A stretch of 64,000 nucleotides of DNA from the IMG/VR virus record IMGVR_UViG_3300047160_003234, positions 1 through 64,000 of that record. One strand, written 5' to 3'. Positions 62,717-64,000 of this stretch are shown in pieces; position 1 is the stretch's first letter, and each line of letters opens with the position of its first letter. This stretch comes from a virus. Both the position numbers and the translations under genes were made by a program. Below the pieces are notes generated by a model. That model was not told the DNA's origin, did not search any database, and saw nothing but the letters and a program-made list of their open reading frames with translations.

Positions 62717-63432
62717 GCTGGCAATTCTAACTTCCCTTGGTTTTCCCGTCGGGTCTTTTGCTGACGGCCGAGACCCGAGCCCGAGCCGTAGGTTTCTTTG
62801 ATCCGGCCGCCGCTGGCGCGCATCGGCATGCCGGGCGGGAGGCCCGGGTGCGGCGCCCCAGCAGGCCCCATCGGCGCCCCGGGAGGAGGCGCCATCCCGA
62901 TCGGGCCCGCGGCGCCGGGAGGAGGCATCGGAGGCCTTGGCGGGCCGACAGGGCCCGGGGCCGCCATGGGCGGCGGCGGGGGCATCGGAGGAGGCATGGG
63001 CGGAGCGGGCGGCTGCTGATGCCGGTCGCCAGCGACGATGACGTTGACCACGGTTTTGCCCTTGGCCCGGCCGCCTTTCGCGAGATTCGTTCGGCCGCCG
63101 CTAGCGCGCACGAGGGGCAGCTCGCCGACGCGGATCGCGCCAGCCTGCCCGACCTGATTGATGTCGCGCGTCTTGAGCTTCGTGTCAGCCTTGCCGCCAT
63201 TGGCGCGGGCGATCCGCCCGCCAGCCGCCCGCCCGGGCCGCCCTAGCGAGGGCTTCTTCGAATCGCCGTTGAAGGACGCAGAATCGCTGGGACTGCCTCT
63301 AGTGGCGGCCATGCCATAGTCATCGGCGCGCGCCGCGTCATTGCGGTCGATATTCGCGGGCATATGCGCCGCCGAACTCTCCAACTTCTGAAGTTTCGAA
63401 GTTGTGAATTCTTTATTACTGTTTTTGCCCAT
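62713..63432 (-). CDS. Low-complexity Pro-rich protein with repeated RAxGG motifs
   Basis: RAAGGRIARANGG, RASGGRTNLAKGG, MRASGGRIK, GSGSGLGR. Confidence 0.75.
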   Translation of the reverse strand: MGKNSNKEFTTSKLQKLESSAAHMPANIDRNDAARADDYGMAATRGSPSDSASFNGDSKKPSLGRPGRAAGGRIARANGGKADTKLKTRDINQVGQAGAIRVGELPLVRASGGRTNLAKGGRAKGKTVVNVIVAGDRHQQPPAPPMPPPMPPPPPMAAPGPVGPPRPPMPPPGAAGPIGMAPPPGAPMGPAGAPHPGLPPGMPMRASGGRIKETYGSGSGLGRQQKTRRENQGKLELPA

Positions 63433-63507
63433 TGGCGGCTCCAACCTGCTTAGAGCCAGCCTTCACAAGCGACTTCTTAGCGCCGTTTGCCTTGCGTGAA
63501 AAGAGGC

Positions 63508-63747
63508 TTAAGCGACGTCGCGCCGCAGGGGCCGCGGGACGCCCGCTTCGTGCTCGGCGTTCCACTCGTCATCGCCCGGCCGGTCGGGGCCATAGGCAAG
63601 CTCTAGCCACGCCGCGCGCGTGATCGGCGTTCCCCTTCGGATCATGCCGTCCAAGATCGGCGAGTAGACCGCAGCCCGCTGCACTTCGGGGCTGTTGGGA
63701 TCGAGCACTTCGTCGTTATTCTTCACCTTCGACTCCTGCTGGTTCAT
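63508..63747 (-). CDS. Hypothetical protein
   Basis: GAGG SD; M.RRG.PITR..WLELAY. Confidence 0.55.
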   Translation of the reverse strand: MNQQESKVKNNDEVLDPNSPEVQRAAVYSPILDGMIRRGTPITRAAWLELAYGPDRPGDDEWNAEHEAGVPRPLRRDVA

Positions 63748-64000
63748 CCGCCTCGCGATAATCGCCGGTCTTCCACCTCGGCGGCCGGATGTTGGTCTTG
63801 ACGGGATTGCCCTCGTGATCATGCCGAAGGATCGCGTCGAGCGCGTCCTGACGGCTGATATAACCGTTGGAGTAAGCCCGCCAGACCAGCCGATTCCGGT
63901 TCACCACCGAAGGCATTCGTTTCTCCTCCGGCGTGAACAGTCCTCGCACGCCTTCCCATGTAATCGATTGCAGTTCGCGCGGCAAGATTCCCAGCTCGTT
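63716..64000 (-). CDS. C-terminus of a larger protein truncated by the window edge
   Basis: Frame appears open to the window end; ILPRELQSITWEGVRGLF. Confidence 0.6.
   Translation of the reverse strand, partial: NELGILPRELQSITWEGVRGLFTPEEKRMPSVVNRNRLVWRAYSNGYISRQDALDAILRHDHEGNPVKTNIRPPRWKTGDYREADEPAGVEGEE

Noticed and set aside
1-64000. Alternative genetic code or stop-codon reassignment
   Set aside because: Core genes are intact under the standard code and TAA, TAG and TGA all end genes

Overview
The window is about 64 kb of a GC-rich tailed-phage genome with podovirus-like morphogenesis genes; the host is probably a Rhizobiales alphaproteobacterium (inferred from PEPxxWA-CTERM tails). Layout: terminase large subunit with a LAGLIDADG intein, small terminase and a nested two-frame C5 methyltransferase (minus strand, 2-9 kb); accessory early genes including three PEP-CTERM-type surface proteins and a serine resolvase (plus, 9.8-18.4 kb); MT-A70 methylase, helicase, primase, RuvC-like nuclease and a Cro-like HTH (minus); YqaJ/RecT module (plus); and a long late operon (minus, 30-64 kb) with signal-peptide Cys-rich proteins, tail fibre, a 2259-aa ejection-type protein, nozzle/adaptors, major capsid protein, scaffold, GroES-like and Tad2-like genes. 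Portal, lysis genes, CI and a tyrosine integrase were not recognised. Most notable observations: (1) phage-encoded exosortase substrates; (2) late genes with Sec signals and even Cys counts; (3) a repeated [FMY/R]-A/Q-x-GG motif shared by several late proteins; (4) 11 free-standing HNH-type genes, most beside AT-shifted host gene ends, two of which left a duplicated old gene tail behind; (5) apparent ATC and ACG start codons for capsid and tail fibre; (6) a dispersed TTGCA-N5-TGCAA palindrome at promoters. All family calls come from motif recognition by eye; no database searches were run.
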